Source: Phyllobates terribilis | Taxonomy: Eukaryota | NCBI RefSeq assembly: GCF_046119375.1 | Contig: NW_027362764.1 | Span: 442,308,001 to 442,372,000 of the forward strand | Length of the DNA: 64,000 nucleotides | Direction: 5' to 3' | Shown: one piece after another, positions 50,920 through 62,600 of the stretch | Numbering within the stretch: the first letter of the stretch is position 1 | Layout of the letters: each line of letters starts with the position of its first letter | Position numbers and translations under genes: made by a program | The notes under the pieces: model-generated | What the model was told of the DNA's origin: nothing | The model's input: only the letters and a program-made list of their open reading frames with translations | Database searches by the model: none

Positions 50920-52460
50920 AAGTGCCTTCTTGCTGCACTACCTACAGCATGACCCTCATATTGTCAGAATTCGAAGAAATCATGACTACTGGGTTGCCAC
51001 ACTCTTAGATCCGCCAAACTTTTCGATCAACCTTTTCATTTTAATAAAGACCAAAAAAATGGTCATTTTTGAAATTATAAGCATTAGCAGGTTGTTAGAA
51101 ACTGAAATCAAACAGTTTTCAACTCAAAACTTTATTCTAGGTGATGTTACATTTTCACATAGAACCCCTTGTTCGAAAGGAGCTTCTGAACTCTCTCGTC
51201 CATTGAATTTGTCAGGTTTTGGATGGTTTCTGCTTCAATTGTTTTGCATGAGGACAGAATACCCTACCAGAGCTGTTGCTTAGATGTGAACTGCCTCCCG
51301 CCATCATAGACACTTCTTTTAATGATGCTCCAAAGGTTCTGAATGGGGTAGAGGTCAGGGAAGCATGGGGGTCACACCATAAGTTTGTCCCCTTTTATGC
51401 CCATATCAGCCAGAGATGCAGATGTTTTATGTGCAGCATGAGATGGTGCATTATCATGCAAAAAAATGATCTTACTGTGAAATACACGGTTCTTCTTCTT
51501 GAACCATGGCAGGAAGTGCTGTTTGAGAAAATCCACATACATTATGGAGTTCATCTTTAGCGCCTTCAGGGATCCTAAAGGGGCCGACAATCTCTCTCCC
51601 CATGATTCCAGCCCAAAACATTACTCCACCTCCTCCTTGTTGGTGCTGTAGCCGTGTTTTCGTGGGGTGTCCATCAACCAGCCATCCTCCACTCCATCCA
51701 TCTGGACCATCGAGCGCTGCACGGCACTCATCCGTGAACAAAACAGTTTTGAAATCAGTCTTCATGTAATGTTTGGCCCACTGGAGCCGTTTCTGCTTGT
51801 GTGAAGTGGATAGAGGAGTTCAACAGGATGGCGTATGCACAGCTGCAAACCTCTGAAGGACCCTGCATCTTGTTGTTCGGGGGACGTTGGAGGCACCAGC
51901 AGCTTCAAAAACTTGTCTGCTGCTATGACAAGGCTTTTTTGCCACTGCTCTTTCAACCTGACGTAATTGCCTGTAGGAAAGAGTCCTCAATTTGCCCTTA
52001 TCAGCATGCACACGTGTGTACTGTGAATCAGCTACATACTTCTTGATTGCCAAGACACTTCATCCTGATCATCGCACAATGTTGATTGTAGTCATGCCTT
52101 GACCTAAACACTCAACAATTTGTTGTTTCTCAGCAGCCGACACATCCTTTTTCTTTCCCATTTTGGCAGAAAATGTAGGCTGCTTAATAATGTGAGACAG
52201 CCTTCTTAAGTAGTCTTGCCTTTCATTGGACACACCTGCCAAATTAATTAGCACAGGTGTCTGCAATTGCTTACAGTGATATAAAGAGCCCTGACACACA
52301 TCACCATCAATGAGTTTAACTGACAAACAAACAAATTCTTCCCTTATTACTACTAAACACTTTTTGCATAATAATTTGGAACACAGTGTACATGTGCTTT
52401 TCCACAAAACACCAGTGGTTCACGTAGTGAATCTTACAGTTCTAACTTGCCAACCGTGGT
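50920..52460 (+). pseudogene. Second, diverged hAT transposase fragment (50920-51012 and 52389-52460)
   Basis: LLHYLQHDPHIVRIRRNHDYWVATLLDP matches 49876-49968, and 52389-52460 matches 50058-50127. It is interrupted by a Tc1. Confidence 0.85.
51015..52388 (-). mobile_element. Tc1-superfamily element with DD37E spacing (TRT-like), one TIR lost
   Basis: TIR CACTGTGTTCCAAATTATTATGC followed by TA at 52388. MGKKKDVSAAEKQQIV..., FTDECR, and LHDNAP...PDLYPI(E>Q) with 37 spacing. Confidence 0.85.
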
Positions 52461-54281
52461 CTGTATGGAGTTGTTCAATAAAGGGCCCAAAATTAAGATA
52501 ACATAGATGGGAGAGGTCTCTATGAATAGGAATTCCTAAGTATTTGATACCCTGTGAGGGCCAGGCAAAGGGAAAGTTGGACTGGATGGAATCCTATATG
52601 GATTTGGGGAGGGAGACATCAAGGGCCTCAGACTTCGCTGCATTGATTTTAAAATTTGACCATGTAACAAAGTGATCTATTTCAGCCATAACAGCATGGA
52701 TGGATATATGTGATTGAGTGATATATACTAGGACATCATCAGCAAATAGAGAGCACTTGTACTCGGTGCCTCCCACCTCAATCCACCTAATATTGGGGTT
52801 ATGGCAAATTGATGAGAGCAGGTGCTCCGTCACTAGGATGTATAAGAGAGGGGACAGAGAACATCCCTGCCTTGTCCCATTGGTGATTGTGAAAGGTGAT
52901 GAAAGTGTTCTGACGCGCCCCCTGGGCCTTGGGACACCCAGAGCCGAACCCTTTTTGGTGGATGCTGGTGGTTGTAGTCTCCGTGGCGGCGACCCAGTTC
53001 CGTGGCTCAGGGCGGTCAAACCAGTGGCGGAACTATTTATGTGGTTTTGATGTTTAAATGTCCAACTACGCCACCCATGGATTGCGGTCAGAGTGAACCG
53101 CCGCTCCAGGGCAGACCGCTGAGGCTGGTGTTGTGGGTGCAGCAGAGCGTAGCATAACTCCCCACGGGAGGAGTATAGCCTCAGGGCAGTGTATGCGGAG
53201 GATGGGGGTGATGGTGCAGGGCAGCAGCAGTAACGACACGGAGTCAGTGATGCGGTCCAGGGCCTTTACTCACAGTTCTTATTATCCAGACCACGTCTGC
53301 AGGTAACGGCTGCCCACGTCGTACTGTGCTCACCAGGTGAGGGGCTCAGACAACTCCCAGATAACTTTGGAGCGCTTCACAGGACCCCCTTTGTGTGTCC
53401 TTTGTCTGGCCTTTCTTACCAACCCTTCTGTCCGGCTGCCTGGGGCCTCCTCTTGGTAAACTTGGCGCCAGTTTCCCTGACCCTATGTGGTGCCTTCCTA
53501 GCGGGTGTAGCGAGGGGCTGCGCCACATAAAATGTCACAGCCTCCTGTTTCTAGCTGAGGGTCGTTTCCTGCCTCCACTAGTTTCGGGGACCGGTCTCCC
53601 CCTTTGGCCTCACCCCTCCACGCAGGTGGATTCGGGCGTGCGGTGGCGACTCGCCCGTCCGCACCCCTGGGATCCCTTCGTTCCTCGTTCCTGGAGCCTT
53701 CTCCGCTCCTCTTCCTTCCTTCTCCCTCTTCCAGGCCTGGGCCTCTGTTACTAGGCCCACCTCCGGAGCAGAGCTCATGCAGAGCCCCTGCTCCCTGCCA
53801 CTTCTGCTCAGACTTCTCTGCACTGAACTAAGATGGTGCCCACCTTTTATACTCCCTTCTCAATGCACCCAGGAACTGCTTCCTCCCTGCTCCTGCACTA
53901 CAGGGTTCCCCTTCCTCAGTGTTCCCTCCCCCTCTCCAGCCAGGGACAGGGACTGTCGTGCCCATCTCAGGGGCATATTGGTCGCCCTGCCCCACGGCAA
54001 TGTGGTGTAATGCATGCAGGTGTCGGGTCCTGATCCACACTACATCCTTACCTGAGAGTGAGATATCACACCTCTGGGTGAGGTGCAATACCTCTGTAGC
54101 AACCGAGCCCTCAGGGTGCTACAGTTCCATTTATCTTCAGCCTAGGTGACGTATTGCGATACAGGGCCATGATTTTGGCTATAAAAGGGTCCCCTAGACC
54201 CCTACCCCAAGCTTTTTAAGAGAATCATATATGGCGTGCCAGGAGACTCTATGGAATGCTTTCTCAGCATCCAACGAGAGT
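52460..54281 (-). pseudogene. Internal L1 reverse-transcriptase fragment (~600 bp) inside the hAT, split by a solo LTR
   Basis: LSLDAEKAFHRVSW...KING|TLSSPFTITNGTRQGCSLSP...LFADD...KSEAL...IKYLGI. No poly(A) tail or TSD. Confidence 0.9.
52911..54123. mobile_element. Ty3/Gypsy-type solo LTR (1213 bp)
   Basis: TG...CA termini and 4-bp TSD GTTC (52907-52910 / 54124-54127). Removing it restores the L1 RT frame. Confidence 0.9.
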
Positions 54282-54387
54282 ATCTAATTACAAATTTTTA
54301 ACTGCATCTAGCCCAGGAAATACTTTGTGCCTAGTAGCAGTGTCTGCTAGTCAGCGGATTATCCCGGCTGTTAAGCAAGCTACACCA

Positions 54388-54659
54388 CCTGTAGTTTGGA
54401 CACTTAATTTTTTCAAAGGAAATGCTTCGGGACCACGGGATACTCAATGAAGAGCATCAGAAGGCACCCCAAGGCATTGGGGCTGGGACTGGCAGTAGGA
54501 TGCCTTGCGGTGGACAGCCAAGCTCGATCCTTATAAAAGCTTTTTAACTGCAGCAGCTTTAGTGGACGCTACTGGAGCTGGAATTACGCGGCTGCTGGCA
54601 TGAGACTTGCCCTCCAATAGATCCTTGTAAATGGATTTAAAGTGTATTCATTCAAATTA
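54388..54659 (-). rRNA. 18S rRNA fragment (degenerate, ~270 bp; 530-loop helix region through start of V4/ES6) inside the hAT 3' region
   Basis: Minus strand TAATTTGAATGAATACACTTTAAATCC...ATTGGAGGGCAAGTCTCATGCCAGCAGCCGCG-TAATTCCAGCTCC...GCTGCAGTTAAAAAGCT...GATGCTCTT...CCCGAAGC...TTTGAAAAAATTA is colinear with vertebrate 18S as recalled. Not a functional gene. Confidence 0.92.
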
Positions 54660-57073
54660 GAGAGACAATTTAAATTAAAAAGCTTAGAGCTGCCTCCACC
54701 ACAGGGGGGCTCGCTCGACCCACCAGCGGACAGGCACCAGTATTGGGAGAGGGGGGCTGGCCGTCAGGGTTCACCGTGGCTCTGGCACAAACCCGGCGAC
54801 ACGGAGGTGGCACGGGCAGGAGCGGACTGAACGTGTCGGCTTCTCACTTTTTGGATTTTAGAAGGGCATGACATGCCTATATCTGTGTCTCCCCCTCCTT
54901 TTACTCCTCCACCTCTTTTCTTTTCGCATGACTATATGTACTTGTCACTTTTCCATGTGTTAGTTGTGTCTTCTGAGCAGTTTGTCAGCTTTTGGACACC
55001 TTTGAAGGTGTTTTCTATGTGTTTCTATGTGTTTTTGTTTGCCTGCCATTGGTTTTAACGGTGTTCGAAGGTGTTCGACGAACAGTTCGACGAGCAGTTC
55101 GGCGAACACACGGGTGTTCGACGAACCGAACCGAACTCGAACACTACGGGGGTGGCTCAACACTACTGAGAAGTACAAGTCAGGGTTGGGTTATTAAAAA
55201 AAATATCCCAATCTCTGAGAATGCCCCGAAGCACCATCAAATTCATTATCATCAAATGGAAAGAACATGTTGCCTCAACAAACCTGCCAAGAGAGAGCCG
55301 TCCACCAAAACTTTCAGCCAAGGTAAGGGAGCCATTAATCAGAGAGGCAGCACAGAGAACAAAGGTAGCCCTGAAGGAGCTGCAGAGTTCTCAAGCAGGG
55401 ACTGGAGTATCTGTCCATTCAATCACAAAAAGCTGTACACTCAATAGAGGTGGCCTTTATGGAAGAAAGGGCAGAATAAAGCCTTTACTTACACACAAAA
55501 ATTGTAAGGCTCATTTTGAGTTTGCTAAAAGGCATGTGGGAAACTCCCCAAATGTATAGAGGAAGGTGCTGTGGTCAGATGAGACCAACATTTAACTTTT
55601 TGGCCTCCAAATTAACCGTTGTATCTGTTCCAAAACCACCACAGTTCATCACCCCAAGAATATCATCACCACAGTTAAACATGGTGGCGGCAACATCATG
55701 CTGTGGGGATGTTTTTTGGCAGTAGGGACAGGGAAAATGGTCCGAGTTGAGAAATGGATGGTGCAAAACACAGGGATATTCTTGAGCAAAAGTCTGTATC
55801 AGTCTGTCAGTGATTTGAGACTAGGACAGAGGCTCATCTTTCAACAAGACAATGACAAAAATGATATTGCTAAAACACCACTCAAGTGGTATAAGAGGAA
55901 ATGTGTAAATGTTTTAGCGTGGCCTAGTCAAAGCCCAGACCTTAATCCAATTGAGACTCTGTGGTCTGACTTGAACATTGGTGTCTGGATTATTTTTTCC
56001 TTGAAGAAGTTATGCACACTGAAGTTTTCAGTTATTTTGCTCCAATTGGTGTTTGATTCACAAAAAAAATAAAACAAATGTTCACAGTTGTAGGCATGTT
56101 CTTTATATGAACTGATGCAAACCCTCAAAAACAACAGTGAAATTCCAAGTTGTGAGGTAGCAAAACACAGAAAATGCCAAGAGGGATGTGTACTTTCGCA
56201 AAATACTGTATATTTGTATATATATGTATTATATATATAAAATTCATGAGCATATATATGGTAACTCCAAAAAGAGAGCAGCACATGCTAGTGTCATGAA
56301 AAATATAATAAATGATGAGCGCTCACACATTTGTTCTCCTTTTTGGATGCACTGCCTCATTTTTAAGATATATTTATTTATTACATATTACACATAAACT
56401 GGTATGCTCATGAGCATTGTGTCTTGATACAAAGTGAAGGTGAGATTAGTTTTACAATATCTTTTCAGACAGATGATGTTCAACCCTGTAATATAGGTTA
56501 ACTTCGTCTGCATTTCACTCATGTGTATTTATGATAAGTCAGTCTGTAGGGACTTTGACAGCTTGATGTGGTATGCCTCTTGTAAAGAAATTAGAAGCTT
56601 GTCAAAAACATGTAAATGTAGAATAAGGTCTGTCACTTTAGAGTGACAACGTTAAAGACAATATTTTGAATGTTCATATGGCGGTTTATGCAGAAGTCCA
56701 AAATAGCACATTTTGACAATCAGTGACTTGACACGTAATTTATCATTACTGTTTTAGAAAAGTTTCATTTTCATAATTAAGTGTGTGTTTTTTTATAAAA
56801 TGTTTATAATTTATTTCCTCTTATTAAACTAATATACAATTATAAAAATATGTATATGACTATGCTCCTTTTTATTACAACCAGTATAATATTACTATTA
56901 TTATTATTATTATTATCATCATCATCATGATCCAGGGTCACAATAATTTTTTCTTAATAATTTATTTCTTTGTTTGGAAAGAAGAAAACATGGAAGAATG
57001 TTAAACGGAGGCAGCCTATAGCAACATTCAAAAGCTAAGCAAAATGAAAATTGCAGTTAACAAATTGAATTAA

Positions 57074-57505
57074 AGGTAATCTGTCACAAGTTTTTTGTTA
57101 TGTAATCCAAGAGCCGTATAATATAGAGACAGAGACTCTAATTCCAGTGATATGCGAATAGGCTGTTTGCTGTAGTTTTGTTTCATAGTTTTATCAGCAG
57201 GAGATTATCACTTGAGGACTAGTAAACCTGCTGCTGTACAGTTCTCCATATTCATGATTTTTATGTAATCCCACATCCACCACTGATTGACAGCTTTCTG
57301 CTTATGCACAGTGCACACATACATTGTCAATCAGTTGTGTGGCCAGGGTTATAAAGAGCTCAACATTCATCTGCAGCAAATTAGTGACTTTATCAAAACT
57401 GCAGCAAGCAGCCCAGTAAGTGATACATCACTAGAATCAGTGTCTGTGCCCTAACATCTTGCTGCTTCTAGATGGGGTAGCACAAAACCTGGTGACATAT
57501 TCTCT
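57074..57505. mobile_element. TTAA-flanked Kolobok/T2-type MITE
   Basis: TTAA-AGGTAATCTGTCAC...GTGACATATTCTCT-TTAA. Confidence 0.7.
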
Positions 57506-59291
57506 TTAATACAGTATAACAATTCGACATTCTCCTGCTTCATGCCCATCAATCAACTTTATACATTAAGTTAATGGTTACATTAAATTTGTGAATCACT
57601 TTAGTGGATCAAACAGAAGGCTTAGAACATTGCCTGCCCAATACATAATAACGAAGAACAGATTGTGAATTGCTTTGTGAATCATTAAATCACGCAGATC
57701 AATTTGCTCATTTCTGATTGACATAAAAGCCACAGTGCAACTCTCCTTAAATATCAGTTGTGCATTTTTTTTATACCAAAAAATAAGGTTTTACTTACCA
57801 AGATATTTTAAAAAAACTATGTATATGATATTATTAGAAGATAATTTACACTAGATGTATACTTATTTGTGCTAAGTGACACATTTCTATACACATTAAG
57901 GGTCGTCTGACAGTATTTTTTTTCTACTCATGGATTGATTAATAATAATTATAACCAGATTAATACTCACCTTCTAGCACCTTTGCAGACTGTGGGCAAG
58001 TTTCTGCCAGCTCTGGAAGTGGTATCTGCCCTGTTTGTGGCCAGGTGACTATAAGAGTGTATCATCAGATATTTCTTTGATGACTAATTCTTATAGTCAC
58101 CTGATCGCTGTAGCCAAATATAGGCCGCAGCAGTGCTCTGACTTTTGAAAGGGGCAGACAACGCTTCCAGAGCTGGCGGAGACCTCTGTAGTGGACTGTG
58201 CTTGATCAACAGAAGCATTGGAAGGTGAGCATGCCTGTGTTTCATATTTATAATCAATCTATGCAAAAAATATATGTTTTACTATCAGTTAAACCCTTTA
58301 ATGCACCAATAGATATCTGTTTACCGAATTCTCAATCTCTCCAACACTACACTAACTTGTGAACACTCAGCTCAGCTGTAAGCTCATGCTTTCTCTATGG
58401 GGAGAGGAGAGAATGTTGCTACCAGACAGCTTTGGTAGGGGCTTATTGAGCAGGAAACGGAGGGTTAAGCATTTTATTTTACAAGACTTGAGCTTTATTT
58501 TTCCTTATCATCTATTGGTGGAGAGTCAGGAGACACCTATACACATTAGATGGTTGGCTAGTCATACCACAGCTGTCAGATTCACCTGTCTTAAAGGAGT
58601 TGCCTGGGGAAGTGAGAGTGCCGGGCAGCTTCAGAATGCTATGAACCTGCATATTAACCCCATACCTGTATGTTAATAGCATTTTTTACATAACAGGTTA
58701 ACTTTAAAAATGTATGCAATTTATTTTGTGCAATCTGGTGATAGAGCCCCTTTAAATATTAGTTCAAACCACAAAATGAAGATATACTGTACTTACATAA
58801 TATATAAATATTGTAACTATAGTTGAGCAAATACATTAAAGTGGAAGCCATTTTTTAAATTTTTAAGTGCCATCTCTGTGTCTTCTACGCTCCTCACCAT
58901 CACCAGTCCGATCCACGATCTTCTCACATCACCAAGAGCACTATATGATGCTTTTGTGTATTTCATCAAAGCACTCATGGCGCCTAACAGAAAATTTGAT
59001 GAGGACCGGAGGCGTAATGGTGAGGAGCAGAGAGGCTGGAAATGTCAGTCGTGAGGTGAGTATAAGTATTTTTAAACTTTTTAAATATAATGTTTATTAT
59101 GCTCTGTTGTCTGCAGATATCCCATAGCATGATAACATTTATGGAGAATACCTTCTCTGCAATAGAATTTGCTGTGCAAACAGGAGAACTGGAATTTTGC
59201 CTGATCCCCTTATCTGTAATTATAAACTTTAGTAGATTGATGCTATATATGGGTTGCCTGCCATCAGTAAAAAAACCCATACAATTCTTAA

Positions 59292-59655
59292 AGGGAACCT
59301 GACAGTATATTTTAATCGGGAATGCTGCAATATTTCAGAGATGACATACTATGGGAAGCAGGCCTGGGACTATCTGTCTCAGATGACTAGTCCCCAGCAG
59401 TTTATCTTTGCCTTGCTCACCTTGATCGATAGGACTATGCCTACATGTGTATGATGAGTGTCATGTTAGAATAGGGTAGAGGGGCAGGAAGAAGCCCCTG
59501 GGGACCTGCCTCGTACTACTGATCTGAGGCACATAGGCCCTGGCAGGCTTCTCAAAGTATGTTTTCTCTGCAATGAAGTATTATTTCAGAGTAAGACATA
59601 CGCGGCTGCAAAAATGCTGTGGTTCTGGCAACATGAATCTGCTGTCAAGTTCTCT
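59292..59655. mobile_element. TTAA-flanked Kolobok/T2-type MITE
   Basis: TTAA-AGGGAACCTGACAG...CTGTCAAGTTCTCT-TTAA. Confidence 0.72.
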
Positions 59656-62600
59656 TTAAGGTTAAACTTATAACCAGTGCTGAAGCAAAAGCTTTTGAGA
59701 TAATCCTAACAATTTTGACAATTTATTGCCAGCCTATAACTATTTTTATGTTAAATTGAAAGTCTAATATTTTATAGAATGTCCTACATAATTAAATTCA
59801 ATATGGAAACTGCTGTTGTAGACAGTTTTTTGTCTGTTTCTGAAATGTATCCGAAAAAGACAGATCACATCCCATTGTCAGTATTTCATTAATGTTTTTG
59901 CTTTGGACTACTTTGCAAAATCTATGTCCGCTGGCAATCCTTACAAACGCAGTCTCTCAAGATATTCCATTGATAGGTTGTTTGAAATTATTCTCTTAAA
60001 TCAAACAATTAATATTGTCATAGAAATAATAAAAGAGAATTTCATATACAGTACGTGTTGCTACTCTTTTTTTCCATACTTTAGGTGATTACGGAATATA
60101 TGCAAGCCTTTTAAATGGATGATTGCTTTGCTATAAGCTTTGTAATGTGAACTAATTTACACCTCCAGTAAAGTGTCAGACAATGATATAAGTTTACAGC
60201 TTTATTTTCTTCATGCTCCAACAACACTACTAGTGTCTATTAATAGTTTCTAAAGATACAATATTTTTTCTTGACACTTAATTAAAACTATACTATATCT
60301 TTCCTTTATTATTTAATTTATGGATTTCATAGAGTTGCTATTAGCAGATCTCTGAGTGTAATGTACCATTAGTGCTGACAACAGATAAAAATGTTCCAGT
60401 AATACATCACCTTGACACATGATCTAATAAATTAAACTGACTGCTTTTACCACTGTAAAGTCATTCTAATTCATCTAGATGTGTGTTGGTTTATTTGGAT
60501 GATTCCACAACCCTGAAGTATTATATAAATAATGATAAATAAATATTTGATCTTGCATATATTGCACCAAAGAAGCATATGATGACTGATAACAATAAAA
60601 TTAACTGTTTATTTTTTTTCAATTTATCTTCCTTTTTTTCTTTCAATTGTCCTTGTTAAGTTAGGAGCATTCTGATTGTTTGTATTATCCAACAATATTG
60701 AATAATTATAGGGCCTGAAAGTAAAACCTAGATTTGGATTTCTCTCAATTATGACCACCATCAATCTCTGGAGTCAACACGAATATGAGAGATCCACTGT
60801 GCAAAATATAATATTAGCTTTGACTAGGAGAATATATTCAAGTTGAGTTAAATTCTTCTCATATAATACAAAAGTCTGCATTTACAAGATTTTTTGTAAT
60901 TTGCTTCCAAGCAGATTCAGCCATTGGCAGTCATTTTGCTGAACTATGAAGGGACTTTTAAAGGTTAGAAATAAAATAAAATACTTATACTCACCTTACT
61001 ACTCACCTCTCCGACTTCTGCTCCCTGATCCTCACCTCTTTGAATCTTCTGGCTCTGATAAGGCCTGGGACATTTACACTTATGTCTGTGCACAAGGTCA
61101 CAGTGCAGAAACATCCTGGGCATCATAAGAGTCCTGACCTTTCTTGAAGAAGCCCAAAGTTTCATGACTCACAGAGGAGATAGGAAGATATGTGATGAGG
61201 ATCGGATGGGTGATGGTGAGGAGAAGAAGGGCTGAAGAGGTTAGCATTTAGATGATTATAAGTATTTTATTTTATTTTTCACATATTACATTTATTATAC
61301 TGTGGAGTCTGCAAAGACTTCAGAGCATTTTAAGTGGCATTCAATTCATGAATAAAAAGTCAAATTTCATGGTAAAATCCGTGTGAACAAGCAAATTCGA
61401 AATTTGCCTAATCCATCTTTCTCTAATATTGGCCTCTTAATATTAAATATCTCAGCAAACTTTATTTCTCTTAGAATTCCCCAATAACTTTGAGGCAATT
61501 CATTGAATTAATTAGCTAATTCATGCAATCTAAAGGACAGTAGAAAGCTACATTTAAGGTTTTAATGGTTTTCCTTGACCAGTGGACCCATATGAAACTA
61601 TACAAGTTGAACACATTGTTTGTTGGCCCCTGCTAAGCCCTTTATTGAGAGTTTTAAAAATGCAATGATAATTGTGTTACTCATTTGTCCGGATTACAGC
61701 ACTGGGCTCTGTGTCCTCTTTCCCTAGCAGCTGCCTCCTACGGCTTCCATTTGTGTCAGGTTAAACGTGTATGAGGAATCTTTCCCGTGTGTGGGAAAGT
61801 ACCAAATGGTGAATTCGGGGAACGATCGTTCAGCTGAAAGCTATTTATTATGCATGTGTGACTTATGTGTCCAACAGTTTGAAGTCAAAACAATAAGAAT
61901 ACAGAAATATTGATCTAGCATAAGTGTGCTAGGTAGTTCCCAAACTACAGTAATTGGCACTGGGCAAAGAACAGTGCAAACTTAAAAGTAGCAAGGATTG
62001 CAGAATAACTGCTGAGTAAATCTTCTGTTTGGTCCATTAGCTGAAGTCTAAAGCTGAAGATTGGTTAATCAGTTGAGTAATCTTATTTGCTGGGTGATGA
62101 GAAGTCAGTTTCATTTGAAAGACTGGACTGTTTGGCAGAGAATTGGGGAGTGAGTATATTAGAGTTAGCTAGTCTTCTTAAAAGTAAGAAAGTAAAAATT
62201 AGTAATAAAACTAAATGCTGGAAGATTTCTTACCACAAAGTATATAAATTTACACTTCAGTTTCTAAGTCGTAAAGTGAATTCATTGGGACGAGCTATTA
62301 TGAAGAGAAGGAACTTATTCTTGATCGAAACATTGCATGTTGCTTTAAAAATTTGATGTATCTGATGCCATTACACGTCTGTCTAGAAATGTTATTAGAC
62401 TTTTCACACTAAACCCTTACTAGAGTGATTTTTCAATTTTCTTGAGACTTTTTAATTAAAGTTGCAATTTATAAATCTTGCTAAAACTTCACTCGTAAAG
62501 CTGGCCATGTTCCCTTTTAAATAGTGTCAAGAGTTGCCTAAAATCTTTTTGGATGCCAGAAAACAGGTGCAAATAAATGCTCCTCCGTTATATTTACATG

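Larger units (their letters stand above)
44127..55165 (+). mobile_element. hAT (Ac-group) DNA transposon, copy 2, complete (11.0 kb with cargo and insertions)
   Basis: 8-bp TSD CTGAGAAG at 44119-44126 and 55166-55173. TIRs TAGAGATGAGC (left) and TAGTGTTGAGC (right, revcomp), with GTTCG/CGAAC-rich subterminal regions. Confidence 0.97.
43693..56208 (+). mobile_element. Tc1 DD34E element split by hAT copy 2 (own sequence 43693-44126 and 55174-56208)
   Basis: TA-CAGTGGATTGCAAAAGTA / TACTTTCGCAAAATACTG-TA ends. Transposase RDKVAEK|YKSGLG is continuous across the TSD. QQDND...SPDLNPIE with 34 spacing. Confidence 0.93.

Noticed and set aside
54388-54659. Functional rRNA gene or contamination
   Set aside because: It is only a ~270-bp fragment with indels in universally conserved positions, embedded inside a TSD-bounded transposon.
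57900-58297. TTAA-flanked MITE
   Set aside because: The putative TIRs match too poorly to call.
62087-62356. 89-aa ORF as a host exon
   Set aside because: It uses a non-ATG start, has no recognisable domain and has AT-rich composition. The single GTGAGT motif is insufficient.
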